From Macrostomum lignano (taxonomy: Eukaryota), in NCBI GenBank assembly GCA_002269645.1, contig NIVC01000698.1, positions 62,001 through 126,000 of the forward strand: a DNA stretch of 64,000 nucleotides. The letters are read 5' to 3'. Shown here one piece after another: positions 1-12,466 of the stretch. The translations under genes were made by a program, and so were the position numbers. The notes under the pieces are model-generated. The model was not told the DNA's origin and did no database searches. It was given only the letters and a program-made list of their open reading frames with translations. Numbering within the stretch: position 1 is the stretch's first letter; each line of letters starts with the position of its first letter.

Positions 1-97
1 ATAGAGATGATCAAGGACTGAAACTCCCGACTGCAAGAGATCAATTTAATGTAAGCGACCAACGCAGAGGTCATATGAGGTCACCTCCCAGCCATAC

Positions 98-296
98 CTC
101 TATAGTAACTGAGCTTCTCCAAATCCAGGTAGATTGTTGCAGTTGAGGCATCTTCTTGTACTGCGAAGTTCGGCAGCAGAAGCAGCAGGAACAGCAGAAG
201 CAGCGGCGGCAGCAGGGGCCATGAGCATTTTACAGTGCCGAACTGTCTTGATCCGATGATGGAAACTGCAGGGCTGTCGCAATTAACCGCTTTCAT
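98..296 (-). CDS. Possible first coding exon of a gene running off the left edge; encodes a signal-peptide-like hydrophobic stretch
   Basis: ATG at 296 opens MKAVNCD...PLLPPLLLLFLLLLLPNFAVQED...LSYYR. A GTATGG donor follows at 97 and a TTTCAG acceptor at 20-18 continues in frame (VLDHLY). Two CCAAT boxes lie just upstream. Reading frame and family are not established. Confidence 0.35.
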
Positions 297-418
297 TGCG
301 AAACCAAGCCTTCAGCATCCGTTTGAAACTTCAATATTGGCGATTGACTTGCGAGGGTCTGGTTTGCGATCAATAATTCTGCAAGCTTTTACAGAGGATT
401 CCGGATGTCTGCTTTCTC

Positions 419-446
419 ATTGGCTGAAGGCTGGCTGGGATTGGCT
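419..446 (-). promoter_or_regulatory. Tandem CCAAT boxes (AGCCAAT x2 on the minus strand)
   Basis: ATTGGC at 419-424 and 440-445 on +, about 120-150 bp upstream of ATG 296. Confidence 0.4.
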
Positions 447-513
447 GGGCCTGCAGCTGGCACCGGATTAGCTGTCTTTGCTGCTGGGGTCTGCCTGCCT
501 GCGTATCAGATAT

Positions 514-694
<181 letters not shown>

Positions 695-1405
695 TTCATA
701 GATATATCTTAATTTTCAAACAGTTATGCTCTTACTGACTAATTTTCTACTTAAAGTAGGCTTGTCCGAAAACTTTTGATAAAATGATGATCTCGTCAAA
801 AAATTGAATTTGTTGGTAAGATTACTTCGGAAAATATTTGAAAAGCATCCACAGCTACTTCATAAGAGAACTGTATTTTTTAGCTAAAGCAATTGTCATT
901 GAGCCAGACAAAAATGAGATGTTTTAATAGATAAGTCAGGTGCAAGACAGGTATAGACAGGTCATTTTTTTCACTAAAGTATTCGCATGAAATATTTCGA
1001 AAAAATCAAAGCTACCGCGGTGAATAAAACGCGAATATACTACAAAATTTGCCAGCTACTGTTAGTAATATTTGTACACACGCTAAAATTTTAAACATAT
1101 CTATATAATCTTCCGCATGCACAGCAGGTAAAGCATCGCGTTATCAATTGAAACATCAAGCAAAAGAGTTGGCGCCATAGTCGATATTTGTCAACTTGTT
1201 TACAAAAATACTTCATTTCGTAGAAATTGACCACCAGAAACTGAAACTTTATCAACCAATATGAGAAATTGTTTTATTCCAATTTCTTGAAATATTATTC
1301 ACTTTATAATTCTTAGAAACCAATTTCATATTTGTTATTTTTTGAGAATTTATCCCACTAAGTAATAAAACAAAAAATGCATTTTTACACGTCAATTCGG
1401 GTTTT

Positions 1406-4400
1406 TTATTGGCCGCAGAGGCGCCTGCGCGAATGCCGACCATCTGGCGAACGGCATCGAGGAGAGGCGCCGCCGCAGTCAATGGGCGCCGCCACCGTCG
1501 TCGGATCGACAACGACGGAATTGGCGGCGGCGCTGAACTTTCGAACCAGCGCCGACTTCTTGGCGCTCTCCGGCATGGCCTGCACAGCGGCGTAGAGCTG
1601 CGCCACCTGCAGCTGCGTGTAGTCGCGCCCGCCCAGCCGGCTGGCGGTCGAGCGGTCAACGAAATTCATGCACACGTCGACTGCTTCGTCGTTATCGTCG
1701 TCGCTATCGGCGTCGGCGTCAAGGACTTCGTCGGCTTCGCGGCTGCAGCTGCGACTGCGGCTGTAGCACCGACTGCGCTCGGTCGAGAGACTGCGCATGG
1801 CGTCGATGACCAGGTGCTCGGGGACCTGGTTGGCGGGGTGGTCAGGTTAGTTAGTCTATTCAAGGCGACAGGCACATGCTCACACATGGTGTACAGCGGC
1901 ACCTTGTTTGACTCTTTGACACGAGTCAAAACGAATCATAATGTATTTTTCTAGCTATACTACTTAGTAGGTAGCATCTCAATCTTATCAAATCGAAAAA
2001 ATTAAATTCTTCACACCTTGAATAATTCACCAGCGTGGCGAATCATGTAGGTCACGGCTCTGTTGGACAGGGCAATGATTCTGGCATAGTCGTCTGTGCT
2101 CTTCATCTGAAATCGGAATCGAATATTAAATGCTCTTTATTTATCAATGAACTTATCTACATGCCCAATCAAGAGATTGAGATCCCAGTTCTCTAATAGA
2201 TTGAGATCCCAGCTCACTAATAGATTGAGATCCCAGTTCTTTAATAGATTGAGATCCCAGTTCTCTAATAGATTGAGATCCCAGTTCTCTGATAGATTGA
2301 GATCCCAGTTCTCTGATAGATTGAGATCCCAGTTCTCGAGAAGGCTGAGATCCCAGTTCTCGAGAAGGCTGAGATCCCAGTTCCGAAGAAGGCTTGAGAT
2401 CCCAGTTCTCAAGAAGGCTTGAGATCCCAGTTCTCAAGAAGGCTTGAGATCCCAGTTCTCAAGAAGGCTTGAGATCCCAGTTCTCGAGAAGGCTTGAGAT
2501 CCCAGTTCTCAAGAAGGCTTGAGATCCCATTTCTTAAGAAGGCTTGAGATCCCAGTTCTCAAAAAGGCTTGAGATCCCATTTCTCAAGAAGGCTTGAGTT
2601 CCCAGTCCAGCAACAGACCTGTCTCGGGCAGAGCAGCAGGGGTCCGAACACGGTGCCCAGATTCTCAGGCGTCATCAGTGTCCGGGGCAGCTCGGCCACC
2701 TGTCCGAGCAGTTTGAGCAGGCTACTCAGCATCCACCTGTTGGAGTGCGGCAGCAGCTGAACGAGGATTTGAAAACCGCGGAGCTGGCGAGCCGCTGCCA
2801 GGCTGACGGAGCCGCCAGGTTTCTCAACCGGGCACAGCGGATTCCCGTTCTCGTCCAGGCGTTGCGGGTTCAGGTCTGGCGGTGGGCGGGAGCGCGATGG
2901 CATGATCTCTCAGTGTGAGTTCAGTGGCGATTCTCAAGGGCGATTCCCGAGTGAGATTCTTAAGTGAGATTCCTAAGTTAGATTCTGAAGTGAGATTTTT
3001 AAGCGAGATTCTCAAGTTAGATTCTCAAGTGAGATTCCTAAGTGAGATTCTTAAGTGAGATTCTCAAGTGAGATTCTCAAGTGAGATTCTCAAGTGAGAT
3101 TCTCAAGTGAGATTCTCAAGTGAGATTATCAAGTAAGATTTTTAAGTTAGGTTCTCAAGTGAGATTCTCAAGTGAGATTCTAGAGAGAATTTCAAGTGAG
3201 ATTCTTAAGTGAGATTCTTAAGTGAGAATCACAAGTGAGATTCCTAAGTGAGATTCTCAAGTGAGATTCTCAAGTGAGATTCTCAAGTGAGATTATCAAG
3301 TAAGATTTTTAAGTTAGGTTCTCAAGTGAGATTCTCAAGAGAGATTCTAGAGAGAATTTCAAGTGAGATTTTTAAGTGAGATTCTTAAGTGAGATTCTCT
3401 AGTGAGATTCTCAAGCGAGATTCTCAAGTAAGATTGAGAGTAATTGAGATTTTTAAGTGAGATTCTTAAGTGAGATTCTTGAGTGAGAGATTCTCAAGTG
3501 AGATTGAGAGTAAGTGAGATTCTCAAGTGAGATTCTCCAAGTAAAGCATGAGTCAGAAGCGATTTCAATAGAGATTTTCTTAGAATTGAGTATGCAAAAA
3601 CGTTCCATGAGCAAGCATCTCGGCAGTTAATATAGAATTTTAATTAACAAGCTATAAAGTTACGAATAGTCGGTCTCTTTGTTACTCTGAAAAATTCAGT
3701 CAATTAATCTTGTTGCTAAGCTTAGAATCATTTTATTCAATAACGGCAATTCTTTGTGAAACATAAAATTTTGTTGTTTAAGCTGAAGTTCCAACAAGAA
3801 TTGATAATGGGGAAGAGACTCGCTTCGCTTGTTCAACGGAAGCCCCTGGCATTGAATGGCTACTGGAGTTTTATCCCCGAAATACAAAGACGCGTCAAGA
3901 GGCGAGGGAAGGGATACCCACGAATAAGCCAGTTCGCCCTGCGGCACGTTTTGGGGATCGCAAAGAATTGATGAAGATAACTATGATGGGATGAGGTGGG
4001 GCTTCCTCGTCCTTCACTTCCCCTTCCAGTCTCGCGTCATGGGGAACGCGGGACAGAGTGGGATGGGAGTCGGGGTGCACCGTTGCGCAACAGGCTGGAC
4101 AAAAACGGCCCCTCAATTTGCGTCACAGTGGGTGGCGCAGGCACTTAAAAACAGTGCCAGCCAGCGCAATACTGAGGGAAGCGAAGCCGGCCTAGCGAGG
4201 GCCCTGGAGGTGGGCAAAGCTCCCAAAAAGGATGCAGCGGAGTTTAAACAATTTCCTATTCGCTTCACAGGTGACAGCATTTCAGCACTCTGCTGGGCTT
4301 CCAAGTCGATGAGTATAAAGTATAGGAAAATGGGAAATGCCAGCTTAAGTGCTCTGTTTAGCACCTGTCGTAAGCTGAATACTTTACGAGTAGTTGTGAC

Positions 4401-7400
4401 ACAGGTGAAATTATTTGCGGAATACCGATTCGATTTTTGAAAATATTGCAAAACGGAATAACTTTTTTTACCAGAATATTTACAGATTAAAGACTAAGCT
4501 ACAGACTTGATTACAGACTAAGCTACAGGCTAGATTACAGACTAAGCTACAGACTAGATTACAGACTAAGCTACAGGCTAGATTACAGACTACGCTACAG
4601 GCTAGATTACGGACTACGCTACAGACTAGATTACAGACTAAGCTACAGGCTACATTACAGACTAAGCTACAGACTAGATTACAGACTATGCTACAGACTA
4701 TATTACATACTAAGCTACAGGCTAGATTATAGACTAAGCTACAGACTAGATTACAGACTAAGCTACAGGCTACATTACAGACTAAGCTACAGAATAGATT
4801 ACAGACTAAGTTACAGGCTAGATTACAGACTAAGCTACAGACTAGATTACAGACTAAGCTACAGGCTACATTACAGACTAAGCTACAGAATAGATTACAG
4901 ACTAAGCTACAGGCAAGATTACAGACTAAGCTACAGGCTACATTACAGACTAAGCTACAGAATAGATTACAGACTAAGTTACAGACTAGATTACAGACTA
5001 AGCTACAGGCTACATTACAGACTAAGCTACAGACTACATTACAGACAACTGCAGGCACTCACCGGCCACCTGCAGGAAGTACGGCCCCAGTCGGTCAGTG
5101 AGCAGCGGCTGCTTCAAGTCGTCCAGGCAAGCCTTCAACACTCCGGCGATGTCGTGCACGCAGCAGCCCAGCTCCGACACGACCGCCTCGGCGACAGACT
5201 GACTGGCCGGCAAGTCCTGCTGCGCGGCCGGGAACAGACGGCGACGAAGCTGGCGCTGACGGCTGACCTGGCCGGACTTGCGGAAGATGCCCTCCGCGTC
5301 GAGGCGACTCTCCAGCAGGTGGATGAGCCGCTGAACTCCCGTCAGGATGTCTGCATTCAAGAAGTCGTCGTTTTGGGCAGCAGCGGCGGCATCTGCAGAG
5401 ACGGCAGAGGCGTGCGGTTGACCTGCGGCGGATCGGATGTCCATTTTGAGTTCGAAAACTTATATGAGCATAGCTTTAGTCGCAGTTCCCCATGTAGCCG
5501 TGCATACATTTCGAAAGGTCATTGTTGGGTCACCTGTGCTTAAATCCACCTGGTCCTCCCTCCACTGCCCTGCTCCGCCCTGTTCACCAAGTCGCCGCAA
5601 GATCGTAAAAATGTTCAAACTCGGAAATTTTCAAAACAAAGACTATTTTACGACCTAGACTCTATGCAAGAGCTTCAAACTTAATTACTAAATAGAAGCT
5701 TTGTCCCGAGTTGTAAATATTCGGTCCAGCGAGTTTGATGAGGCGTTGATGGAGTTTGATCTCTTTCTGGGTGAGTGGAGAAGCGCCAGAAGCAACAGGC
5801 CAGCAGATGGCCTTCAGCGCCTGGAGCAGGTCAGGCTCTGCTATGCAGCCCTTGGGGGTCTGGAATCTCGCTTGATTAATGAATAGGTGGACGGCAGGGG
5901 CAGTCAGCTGAAAATCCTTATTAACAAACTGGACAACAAAGACCCACTGACAGATATAGGAAGCGAAAGTGTTAAGAATGGAACGTTAAGAGGTTGCAGA
6001 CACGATATCGGCATTCTTTCTGTTGCTCATTTCCTCTTGAAGAAACTTGGGTCATCTTTTTCTCTTGGGGAGTGGAAAAACACCTGACAGAATCTCCATT
6101 CTCCATCACTTCCATTTGTGGCCCCGGTTCTTTGTCACCTTGATTTCCAAAACTCCGCATGGGGAACAAAGACTTGAATCTTCAATACTTGAGGACAAAG
6201 ACATGGCACTACAGGCTCGTAGTAATATATGCACCGGACCGGAGGTGGGTTCACAGACCGTTCCCAGGAGAATAGGAAACCATGGCTTCCTACTAAATAG
6301 GATTTATAGTTATTGTCCATAATTTAGTTGAAGACTACTAAGGGTTCTCAAGCCAATCCCAAGACCAGACCCCGATGGGCCCCACAAAACACTTGAGTGT
6401 TTTATTGGGTTCGCATCACATGGGCTGAGGCCTGAGGCGTCTATATTAGTTTGGCAATGGTCCAGGGCTCCAGATTTACTGCCTATAGACAGGGGTGGAA
6501 ATTGAGCTCTTTCCTTTGCTTTTGCTTCTTCTAGGGGACTGGGGAGTAAGATTTATCAAGATGGGCATTGGGCCAAAGTTTAAATTGACAACAAAATAGT
6601 GCTCCGAATTCGAGTTGAGTGAGTTGATGGCCAGGCTGTATAGGGATAAAACTCAGGCCTATACTCAATCATAATTGCGGCGCCCCTTGACTACAGAAAA
6701 CTCTGTGTATTTTAGATGACCATCTGTGCGCACCGTATGGGAAAGTGGCTGGTTGTATAAAGTCACCCCAGCCTAAATTTTCGATTCCATTAGAGACCAT
6801 TGCGCAATGATTTGTTTTATTAGCAATAGACGAGTTTTCAGTTGCGAGGGCGATGCGATGAGATTAGTGCAGACATATATGCGATCGAGCCGGTAGCATT
6901 TCCATATATGATAAATATTGACAAATATTTGTGCCCCCTAGCAACCCGGACACGCGGGCTTGATCAGGCTATGAGTTGCGCAACATACAAAACGATTGCC
7001 AAAATGATGGAATTCAAATTTCTTGTGCAGAGTCAGGTCTCTCTTCTATTAATAACTGGTGTCCCATGGTGGGGTCGCATAAACCCGAATACCATAACTC
7101 GGAAAACCAAAATAGTGTTGCGCGTTGCTAGCACTTTTGGAGTTGTTATAATTTGGGTTTGTATTTTGTGATATTTCAGGTTTGTAATGTTTCAGGCTTG
7201 TGATATTTCGGGTTTGTAATTTGTGACGTTTCGGGTTTGTGATATTTCGGGTTTGCAATTTGTGATCTTTCGGGTTTGTGATATTTTGGGTTTATAATTT
7301 GTGATGTTTCGAGTTTGTGATATTTCGGGTTTGTATTTTGTGATGTTTCGGGTTTGTATTTTGTGATGTTTCGGGTTTGTATTTTGTGATGTTTCGGGTT

Positions 7401-10400
7401 TGTATTTTGTGATGTTTCGGGTTTGTATTTTGTGATGCTTCGGGTTTGTATTTTGTGATGTTTCGGGTTTGTAATTTGTGATGCTTCGGGTTTGTATTTT
7501 GTGATGTTTTGGGTTTGTATTTTGTGATGTTTTGGGTTTGTATTTTGTGATGTTTCGGGTTTGTATTTTGTGATGTTTCGGGTTTGTATTTTGTGATGTT
7601 TCGGGTTTGTATTTTGTGATGTTTCGGGTTTGTATTTTGTGATGTTTCGGGTTTGTATTTTGTAATGTTTCGGGTTGATGCTATTTCGGGCTTGTGATTT
7701 TTCGGGCTTGTGATTTTTCGGGTTTGTGATTTTTCGGGTTTGTGATTTCGGGTTGTGATGGAAAGCGCTTTTCGGAATTGTGATTTTCGGGTTTGTGATG
7801 CCCCCCGTTCCCGAGCTACAGGGAAGTTCTATTTTCAAACGTCCATACATGGGAATTCACAGCTGATTGCAGACTTATACCAGAAGGCCACGAAAAAAAT
7901 TTTACTACAAAAGAAACACCTGGAATTAGAAGCCAGCTTTATACAACAAATGCATACTTCCTCACATATGCAGTCAGTTAGTATAGTTGGACTAGGCATC
8001 AGAGATCTCTTGCCATATTCTACGATCATAGAATCTACTTCAGTAACTTCAGTAATTCTATGGGGTGCATTCTGGCCCATAGACAATGGCTGGCTTGCAT
8101 CGCCAGCATATTTTTACAAGCGTTCAGACCGAGTGGGCCAACCGGTCTCTATTATGCAAATTACAATCTCTAAAAGCAAAGGAGGCCAAGTTTCCATTTC
8201 GCTCCGACAAAGACCTTAAAGCTCCTAAGCTATAAAGATTAGATAGGTAAGATAGAACATTTAAGTTAGGAACCCTGCCGAGTCGTGCCTTAACTTGGTC
8301 AGTTCTCGAGAGGCACTGCACTGCCCAGTAAGGCCTAGTTAGATTCGGGAAACTGATGGCTGCTCTCTGATAAACAGTCCCAGTCCCCTAGAAGAAGAGG
8401 AAACAAGTGTTGGTCTGTCTGCCTGCCCGCCGGCTGACTGTGCTGTATTTTTCCCCTGGACAGACAGAGAGAAACGTTTGAACTCCCCATATATTATTAT
8501 TAAGCATTCTATACGATATAATGGTTCTATAGCGAACTTTACATTAAAATGGGGCCGCCATTGATATCAGTTTTGAACCCTTATTTTCAAGTCCCATTTC
8601 CTAATTACTGTTGTCGTGTTAGTCCAACGTTAAACGGTTAACTGTCTATAGCTTCAAATAAAGGTATAGTCAAGTACTAAAGACGGATTTGAAATGCCTA
8701 TAATCATAATCCTCGTTTGAAATCCCGACTTTGAGATCCCGATTTTGAAATCCCGATTTTGGAATCCCTTGATTTAAAATACAATTTTGAAATCCCTGTA
8801 CTTGAAATCCCAAATTTTAAAGTCCCTATATTTGGAAATTGAAATCCCAAATTTTAAAGTCCCTATATTTGGAAATTGAAATCCCAAATTTTAAAATCCC
8901 TGTATTTGAAAATTGAAATCCTAAATTTTAAAATCTCTATATTTGAAAATTGAAATCCCAAATTTTAAAATCCCTATATTTGAAATCCAAATTATCAAAT
9001 CCCTATTTCGAAGCCTCTCCTCACCTGCACCGCTGTGCTGCCTGACGGACCGGCAGACTCGCACCAGCAGACCGCCCGCAGTCGATGGCGTCCTTCTCGC
9101 CGTCGCCGACATCGGGGCGCCGCTAGACTGCGGCGGCGGGCACGAGTCGATGACGTCCTGCAGGAAGTCGGCTGGCACGTCGGTCACGAAGGCCAGATTG
9201 ACACGGCAGATTTCGTAGAAACGGCGCGGCCGAATGTGACGAAGCTCGTCGAGGCAGGCGGAGGCGGCGTCAGGCTGCACCGCGGACCGATGGAGCGCCT
9301 GGCGTCGGGAATTGGGGATGAAATTTTTATATTGTTGGGATAGTGTGCAGGAAGATGAGTGTGCCTTGCCACTTGCCAGAATGCCGTGTTATTCTGGGGT
9401 CATTATGGAAAACTGGAGAGAGCTAAATTGTTAAATGCTAGACTAGAAAAGATTCTCAAAAAATAGCCGAGCTCTAAAACGCCTTCCCCCACCCGCCTCA
9501 AACGGTTGTAATTTGCGGTTTATCAGTCAGCCGCACTAATTGCACCCAATTAACAATTAGCACTCAGTGGCGGGAGCCCTGAGCTCAACTATTTTAAATT
9601 GTCCAACTGATAAGAGCCAAATTAGACAGCTCACCACCAACTCTAAATTCCCCAATTGGCAGACAGTAAAGGTGTGAAAGTACTCAGATGGCGGATTAAG
9701 TGTGATGAGGGCCTAAGCGGCAATCTAAGGAATCTGTTTGTTTATTTGTTTATTATATATGGATAGTTTAGGTGCGAAAATTGATCCACAACAGATTATC
9801 GATCTGTCACAACTCATCTACTACCTTTCTAATTTTCTGTTTGTCTACCTATCTTGATATCTACCTGTCTACCTGTCTACCTGACTATGTTATATGCCTA
9901 TCTACCTCTCTACCCCGTCTCCTTATCTACCCGTCTCTACCTCATCTGCCTATCTACCCGTCTAAATTATCTGCCTATCTACCTTATCCACTTGTCTACA
10001 TTATTTACTTATCTACCTGTCCACTTGTCTGTCCATCGAGTTATCTGTCTGCCTGCATTGTTAAAAAACTTGAAAAAAATTATCAATGCTCCATGCAAAG
10101 CAAATCCAATCAACCAAATCCCAATCCCAAATCTCAAAAAAATCTAAAAAGTGTTAAACCAAGCCGGCATAGGAGAAAAAAGGTGGGGCTTATTTTAGAA
10201 ATAATATTAATAAAAAACTCGCGAAGAGAACCCCGCCCCAGATACAAGACATTCCACCGACTCAACTCAGAGAAGAATGCGGCTGTCTGCCTGTGATTTA
10301 AGCAGCAGGTGGGATAATTGCGCGAGTGGGGACCTGTCTTTATCGCACCTGGAATTCTCCCCTATTGTCTGGAGGGATTTGGATTGGCAGGTAGATTCGA

Positions 10401-11449
10401 GCCTCAAGGCTATGGGTTTGGGCACGGGTGCCACGCTTCCGCTTCGGAATGGGGAACTTCGAGATTTTATTTTCATCCCACATCCATGATTTCCAAATCT
10501 ATCCCAATTGTTGTTTCACAATAGACCGCCCCCCTGCCCGCACAATTAGCAATCAATCAAGACTTTTTTAGCACAGGCGGCACCGGTAAACTCGTTGAGA
10601 TCCCAGGGTACAGCTAGCACACGAGGTGAAATGGGGAATTCGGGCACATGCAGACACAGACACAGACAGAGACAGTAAATAAAGATAGATAGAGTTAGAT
10701 AGAGACAGATAGAGACGCATAGAGAGATAGATGCAGATGGATAGAGACAGATAGAGACGGATAGAGAGATAGATGCAGATGGATAGAGACAGATAGAGAC
10801 GGATAGAGAGATAGATGCAGATGGATAGAGACAGATAGAGACGGATAGAGACAGGTAGAGACGGGTAGAGACAGATAGAGACGGATAGAGACAGATAGAG
10901 ACAGATAGAGACGGATAGAGACAGGTAGAGACGGGTAGAGACAGATAGAGACGGATAGAGACAGATAGAGACAGATAGAGACGGATAGAGACAGATAGAG
11001 ACGGATAGAGACAAATACCGAGGTCCGAAATAGAGACTCACCCCATCATCTCCGCAGCAGCCAGCGATGGTGGAGGACAGCACAGGCGTGGACACCAGCC
11101 GGGAGTCTTCAGCCACCGGAAGGTCGGCAACGCTGCTTCGCCGCTGCCTCTGCTGCTGCTGCTGCTGCTGCTGTTGGCGCCTGGCTAGAAATTTCGGCGA
11201 CGGCGACGACATCATGTCGATGTCGGCCATCATCGCGTCGACATCCGGATCAGAGACGGTCAGGCTGGCGGAGCCACCGCTGGCGCGGCGTTGAAACTCT
11301 GGCGGCGAGAACTCGGCTCGGAGGCTGCTGAGCTGCTGGTGATGCTGCTGGTGCTCGGACAGCTTCAGCCGGACCAGCTGTACGCTCGAGTCGAAGTCCT
11401 CAGAAATCGGGTTGACCCGATGCGAGGCCGGGTGCAAACGGCGGAGCAT
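1406..11449 (-). CDS. ARHGAP19: Rho GTPase-activating protein of the ARHGAP19 family, about 608 aa. Exons 11449-11042, 9298-9025, 5422-5063, 2875-2619, 2106-2017, (1902-1884 microexon?), 1824-1406
   Basis: RhoGAP core LDAEGIFRKSG (arginine finger), HDIAGVLKACL, QPLLT, NRWMLSSLL, MTPENLGTVFGP. Family-type flanks LDELRHIRP..F.EICRVN, MIRHAGELFK and MPESAKKSALVRKF (recalled human MPESAKKKQLIRQF). All junctions are GT-AG with compatible phases except the last one (see findings). Confidence 0.88.
2170..2600. repeat. Intronic minisatellite, 24-25-bp unit (ttgagatcccagttctc..)
   Basis: Tandem units fill intron 2618-2107. Confidence 0.95.
2905..3540. repeat. Intronic 13-bp tandem repeat (aagtgagattctc)
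   Basis: Direct reading; ends about 30 bp from the acceptor at 2876. Confidence 0.93.
3750..4440 (+). mobile_element. Possible degraded RT-end/RNase H remnant of a DIRS/Ngaro-type retrotransposon, antisense within an ARHGAP19 intron
   Basis: Frameshifted ORFs contain GNAGQSGMGVG (DAS..G.G-like) and IRFTGDSISALCWA (resembles the RNase H third-aspartate strand). The resemblance is from memory only. Confidence 0.3.
4484..5045. repeat. Intronic 24-bp tandem repeat (2x12 substructure, gattacagactaagctacagacta)
   Basis: Direct reading; starts about 17 bp after the donor at 5062. Confidence 0.95.
7150..7795. repeat. Intronic ~23-bp tandem repeat (gatgtttcgggtttgtattttgt)
   Basis: Direct reading of the sequence. 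Confidence 0.93.
8710..9010. repeat. Intronic ~37-bp repeat (gaaatcccaaattttaaa..ccctatattt)
   Basis: Period 37 between 8821 and 8858; abuts the donor at 9024. Confidence 0.85.
9810..10050. repeat. Degenerate (ctac/ctat/ctgt) simple repeat
   Basis: Direct reading of the sequence. Confidence 0.7.
10660..11015. repeat. Intronic 10-bp tandem repeat (gatagagaca/gatagagacg)
   Basis: Direct reading; begins just after the donor at 11041. Confidence 0.93.
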
Positions 11450-11592
11450 CTTCGGTGACTCGGTGAGCAGGCAGGAGCAATTGAGCGCAGCGATCAGTGC
11501 TGAGTGGGAGGAATTGAAGCTGGCTGAAGTGGAGTGGCTGGCTTTAATATTCCGGGAGAGAGGACCCCCGCGTCTCAGTTTGGAATCTCGAG

Positions 11593-11626
11593 AGCCAATG
11601 GGAGCTCAGGAGGCCTCTCATTGGCT
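11593..11626 (-). promoter_or_regulatory. Paired inverted CCAAT boxes, candidate ARHGAP19 promoter
   Basis: GCCAAT at 11594-11599 and ATTGGC at 11620-11625, about 150 bp upstream of ATG 11449. Confidence 0.45.
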
Positions 11627-12071
11627 GGCACGTATTTTCATTCCACCAACTAGAATTAGCTTGAAAAAAGAAAATATAATTAGCTAATTATCTTTTATCT
11701 TTTATTAGTGAGCGCAATAAATGCTTGAAAGTTCACAATCATTAGAATTAACAAGAACTTACCTTCCGCGAATTTTTTCTCTGGTACTTTTACACTGCCT
11801 CGTTTGACTATAAATATGGATTACATAGTATACGCTATATATATTGTAGTTTAGAAATACTCAAATTCATTCAAACAGATGATTTATCAATTGATTAGTG
11901 TCTATGGCCCTTCGTAGTTTTGGTTGCACTATTACGCTTAAATCATTCTTATATCATCTTAAAAGCTATCACAGACCAATAAGTGTAAGTAATGAGTATA
12001 AGTAATAAGTATAAATATATACTTATTGGTCTGTAAAAAAGCTATGCATATTTGTGTGTCTCCACTTCCCA

Positions 12072-12466
12072 TCCCTGCAGTCTCACCCCAATGAGATCCG
12101 CTCCCTGCAGTCTCACCCCAATGAGATCCGCTCCCTGCAGTCTCACCCCAATGAGATCCGCTCCCTGCAGTCTCACCCCAATGAGATCCGCTCCCTGCAG
12201 TCTCATCCCAATGAGATCCGCTCCCTGCAGTCTCACCCCAATGAGATCCGCTCCCTGCAGTCTCATCCCAATGAGATCCGCTCCCTGCAGTCTCACCTTG
12301 ACAGGATCCGCTTCCTGCAGTCTCACCTTGACAGGATCCGCTTCCTGCAGTCTCACCTTGACAGGATCCGCTTCCTGCAGTCTCACCTTGACAGGATCCG
12401 CTTCCTGCAGTCTCACCTTGACAGGATCCGCTTCCTGCAGTCTCACCTTGACAGGATCCGCTCCCT
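12072..12466. repeat. 30-bp tandem repeat in two sequence-variant blocks
   Basis: ccctgcagtctcaccccaatgagatccgct units, followed by tcctgcagtctcaccttgacaggatccgct units. Confidence 0.96.

Noticed and set aside
5701-8330. Short plus-strand ORFs in the large ARHGAP19 intron
   Set aside because: They are interrupted by stops and have no recognisable motifs; possibly decayed TE coding sequence, but unassignable.
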